Assembly: GCA_017433905.1 (NCBI GenBank)
Contig: JAFRGI010000026.1
Location: forward strand, 52,790 to 116,789
Direction of reading: 5' to 3'
Length of the DNA: 64,000 nt
Source of the DNA: Ruminococcus sp.
GTDB taxonomy: Bacteria; Bacillota; Clostridia; Oscillospirales; Acutalibacteraceae
Shown here: piece by piece, positions 61,140-64,000 of the stretch
Layout of the letters: every line of letters begins with the position of its first letter
How positions within the stretch are numbered: the first letter of the stretch is position 1
The notes under the pieces: generated by a model
Databases searched by the model: none
Told to the model about the DNA's origin: nothing
What the model saw: the letters and a program-made list of their open reading frames with translations, nothing else
Position numbers and translations under genes: made by a program

Positions 61140-62741
61140 TCATCTGCGTTCATTTTTTTGTCTTAAAATAACCGACGCATGAGCAGGCAGCTTAAGTGCA
61201 GAACCGCTCAAAGAGGCTTTTTTCTCACCTGTCGAGAGATCGGCAACCAGTTCGGGCTTCTTGAGCATATCGTCCGTAATCGTGATCTGTTTGACGTTTT
61301 CTCCGTCAAAGTTATGGAGCACCATAACCTGCTGTCCGTCATACTCCGTGACAAACGCACCGACCGACTCATCTCCCATATCAGGCGTCTGTGTAATAAT
61401 ACCACGCGCTATTTCAGGATTTTGCAACTTTGCCCGAATGATTTTGCGATAAAAATTCAACAGTGAGTTTTTATCGGCAAGCTGCTGCTTTACACCGCCG
61501 TATCGGGGCGGATCAAAGGTATCTCCCGCCCCCGGGACTTGAATCTTCTGCATGTTCTCGCTGTCAAAGACCATCGGCGTACGGAAATTCTCGTCACCCG
61601 ACGACTCGGGTGACGTCATCCCGATTTCTTCTCCGTAATAGGTAAAAGAATTTCCCGGGAACAACATATAAACGGAAGCGGCAAACTTTTCAAAATCCTC
61701 CCCTTTACTTTCCAGAACATTGGCAATACGCAGCTGGTCGTGGTTGGAAAGAAACATAGCATTCATTGCGTCAGGATTTGCCTCGCGCATTTTCTTATCG
61801 TATTTACTGACCTTGGAAACAAGTGATTGACCGTTGCGCAGGGAAACAGACTCGACAACAGCGCCCGAAGCCATTGCAAACTTAAATGCAAACTGACTGT
61901 CGATACCGCTTTCGTACAACTCCTTGATATCCATGTCCCCCGACCACGTTTCGCCGACCAAATACACATCGGAATTAATTTCGCGGCAAGTCTTGACAAA
62001 CCAACCAAGAAATTCCTTTCCGTCCGTTTCTTTATTCGAAAAGTATTTGCACGCGTCGAGACGGAAACCGTCCACGCCGCGATCCAGCCAGAATTGGACG
62101 ATTTTGGTAAATTCCCCGCGCGTTTTTTCGGAACTAAGGTTCCATTCGGGCATATCGAGAGAGAAATTCGCCTCGCACGCGTAGTCGCCGATAGAAACCA
62201 CCTGCGTACCGGAATGAAAGTAATCCTTCGGGTGGATTTCAAAATATGCAGCGTTGCCGTCCAGTTTTCCCTCTTCCACCTCTTTTACAGCCTGTGTAAA
62301 CAGAGGATTTTGTGATGAGATATGGTTGAGTACCAGATCTATGATCAACTTAATGCCGCGCTTGTGACATTCCTCCACGAGGGTATCAAAGGTCTCGAGC
62401 GTACCAAAAGCCGGGTCGATGTCATAATAGCTTTCGACATCGTATTTGTGGTAAGATTTTGACGGCATGATCGGCGTCAACCAAATACCGTCTACGCCCA
62501 GATCCTCTCCTGCGTTTGGATCACCGTCATTGAGATAGTCGAGCTGTGAGATAATTCCCTGCAAATCGCCCGTACCGTCACCGTCAGAATCGCAGAATGA
62601 CTGCGTAAATATTTCATAAAAATTGCGGAATTTATCCGTCGAGGCAAACGCCTTGCGACTTTCTGCCGTGTCTGCACAACCCGACAAACCCACTCCGCCG
62701 AACAGTACTGCACATAATATAGACGCTATTATTTTCTTCAT
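61140..62741 (-). CDS. GH13 alpha-amylase family lipoprotein
   Basis: Lipobox LSGC; DSDGDGTGD, DLVLNH, DGFRLDA, VGETW, FLSNHD, YYGEEIG. Confidence 0.9.
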   Translation of the reverse strand: MKKIIASILCAVLFGGVGLSGCADTAESRKAFASTDKFRNFYEIFTQSFCDSDGDGTGDLQGIISQLDYLNDGDPNAGEDLGVDGIWLTPIMPSKSYHKYDVESYYDIDPAFGTLETFDTLVEECHKRGIKLIIDLVLNHISSQNPLFTQAVKEVEEGKLDGNAAYFEIHPKDYFHSGTQVVSIGDYACEANFSLDMPEWNLSSEKTRGEFTKIVQFWLDRGVDGFRLDACKYFSNKETDGKEFLGWFVKTCREINSDVYLVGETWSGDMDIKELYESGIDSQFAFKFAMASGAVVESVSLRNGQSLVSKVSKYDKKMREANPDAMNAMFLSNHDQLRIANVLESKGEDFEKFAASVYMLFPGNSFTYYGEEIGMTSPESSGDENFRTPMVFDSENMQKIQVPGAGDTFDPPRYGGVKQQLADKNSLLNFYRKIIRAKLQNPEIARGIITQTPDMGDESVGAFVTEYDGQQVMVLHNFDGENVKQITITDDMLKKPELVADLSTGEKKASLSGSALKLPAHASVILRQKNERR

Positions 62742-62852
62742 GTGAAATCCCCCTTTGCGCTCCTGCGCTGCTGTCACATATACATGGAAAAAACAACGGG
62801 CAGCAGCCGTTGACTGCTGCCCGTAAGAGCAAAATATCCGAAATGTAAGAGA

Positions 62853-63713
62853 TTAACCCTTAACGCCACCCGCAGTAACGCCTTCAACATAATAACGCTG
62901 CATAATGAGGAATAGCGTTGTAATCGGGATCGCAACGAGTACGGACCCCGCAAGGAACTGCTTGTAATAAGAGTTGATAAACTCTGCACTGACCATGGAC
63001 TGCAAGCCAATCGCAACGGTGTAGAGTTCACGCTTATCACCCATGATGATCTTTGCCAAAATGAAGTCGCACCACGGACCGATAAATGAGGTCAGTACCG
63101 TGTAAACTACAATCGGCTTTGACATTGGCAGGATGATTCTCCAGAAAATCTGGTTTTTCGTTGCACCGTCTATAGTCGCCGCTTCGTCAAGCGCGCGCGG
63201 AATAGTATCGAAGAAACCTTTTGAAATCTGGAAACCAAGACCCGCACCGGAGCTGTAGCAGATAACCAGCGCTATAAGGTTTTGGTTGAGACCCATTGCC
63301 TTAAGCAAATAGTAGATCGCGATCATGGTCATGAATCCGGGAAACATGCCGAGGATCATGGCGACGTTCATCAATTTCTTTCTGGCGCCGAATCTCAAAC
63401 GGCTAAAAGTATAGGAAACCGCCAGTACGGAAATGGTGGATATCATGCAGCTGAATATCGCTACCACCAACGTATTCAGAAACCATCTGGGAAAATTAAT
63501 GGAAGATGAACCGCTTACATTGAATAACTCGATATAGTTATTCAATGTCCACTCGTGCGGAATTAAATAGGGAACCGTTGTCATTGACTCTTGACGGAAG
63601 GAGTGAAGCACCAAATAAACGAACGGAGATATCCAAATGATACCGAGAATGGCAAGAAGAATATAGATAAAGAAGTTCGCGATGCGTCTTCTGAATTTAT
63701 AACTTTTAATCAT
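62853..63713 (-). CDS. Maltodextrin/sugar ABC transporter permease (MalG-like)
   Basis: KGFFDTIPRALDEAATIDGA, GVTAGGVKG. Confidence 0.9.
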   Translation of the reverse strand: MIKSYKFRRRIANFFIYILLAILGIIWISPFVYLVLHSFRQESMTTVPYLIPHEWTLNNYIELFNVSGSSSINFPRWFLNTLVVAIFSCMISTISVLAVSYTFSRLRFGARKKLMNVAMILGMFPGFMTMIAIYYLLKAMGLNQNLIALVICYSSGAGLGFQISKGFFDTIPRALDEAATIDGATKNQIFWRIILPMSKPIVVYTVLTSFIGPWCDFILAKIIMGDKRELYTVAIGLQSMVSAEFINSYYKQFLAGSVLVAIPITTLFLIMQRYYVEGVTAGGVKG

Positions 63714-64000
63714 GAGAACGCCTCCTCATCCTTCATCGACTTCGAATTGTTGTATACAATCAGGGAGATAGTCGCGCAGACAATGAATACCAAAATACCG
63801 ATAGCCGCCGCGAGACCGTAATCCTGCGTATCCATGGACAACTTAAACAGCCATGTAACAAGGATATCGGTTCGACCTGCCTGATAATACTGCTCTGTGG
63901 AAGGACCTCCTCCTGTCAGCAGATAGATAACGTTGAAGTTATTGATATTGCCGACAAACGTTGTGATCAACTGCGGCGTTGTAACAAAAATCATGTACGG
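63710..64000 (-). CDS. Sugar ABC transporter permease (MalF-like), C-terminal part only
   Basis: NINNFNVIYLLTGGGP, TDILVTWLFKL; runs off the window end. Confidence 0.85.
   Translation of the reverse strand, partial: PYMIFVTTPQLITTFVGNINNFNVIYLLTGGGPSTEQYYQAGRTDILVTWLFKLSMDTQDYGLAAAIGILVFIVCATISLIVYNNSKSMKDEEAFS

Overview
64 kb of chromosome from an anaerobic Bacillota, most like Oscillospiraceae/Ruminococcaceae (inferred from gene content and order). Most of it is housekeeping: ffh-rpsP-khpA, pheST with a Phe T-box, two tRNA-Ser, proS, metA, pncB, murA, rlmH, rqcH, ilvBNC, valS, rpsL-rpsG-fusA-tuf, an acyl-CoA dehydratase activase pair and a maltodextrin ABC/GH13 locus. Accessory content: (i) a 1 kb collapsed integrative element at tRNA-Ser(GCT) with both att cores and a headless tyrosine integrase; (ii) a decayed serine-recombinase mobilisable element next to a ~10 kb Met/Cys uptake and metabolism cluster, which holds a circularly permuted MetQ, an MtaR/CpsY-type LysR regulator with matching boxes, a candidate Cys-terminated leader peptide and a tcdA-like gene broken by a 160-bp palindromic insertion; (iii) three copies of a ~160-bp palindromic MITE/REP-like element. 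The strongest candidates for something undescribed are an 819-aa adenosine/AMP deaminase fused to a SLOG-like nucleotide-sensor domain, the permuted MetQ, and a C-terminally shortened Stn-type electron-bifurcating transhydrogenase. All family assignments come from recognised motifs; no database searches were run. No CRISPR array was seen.
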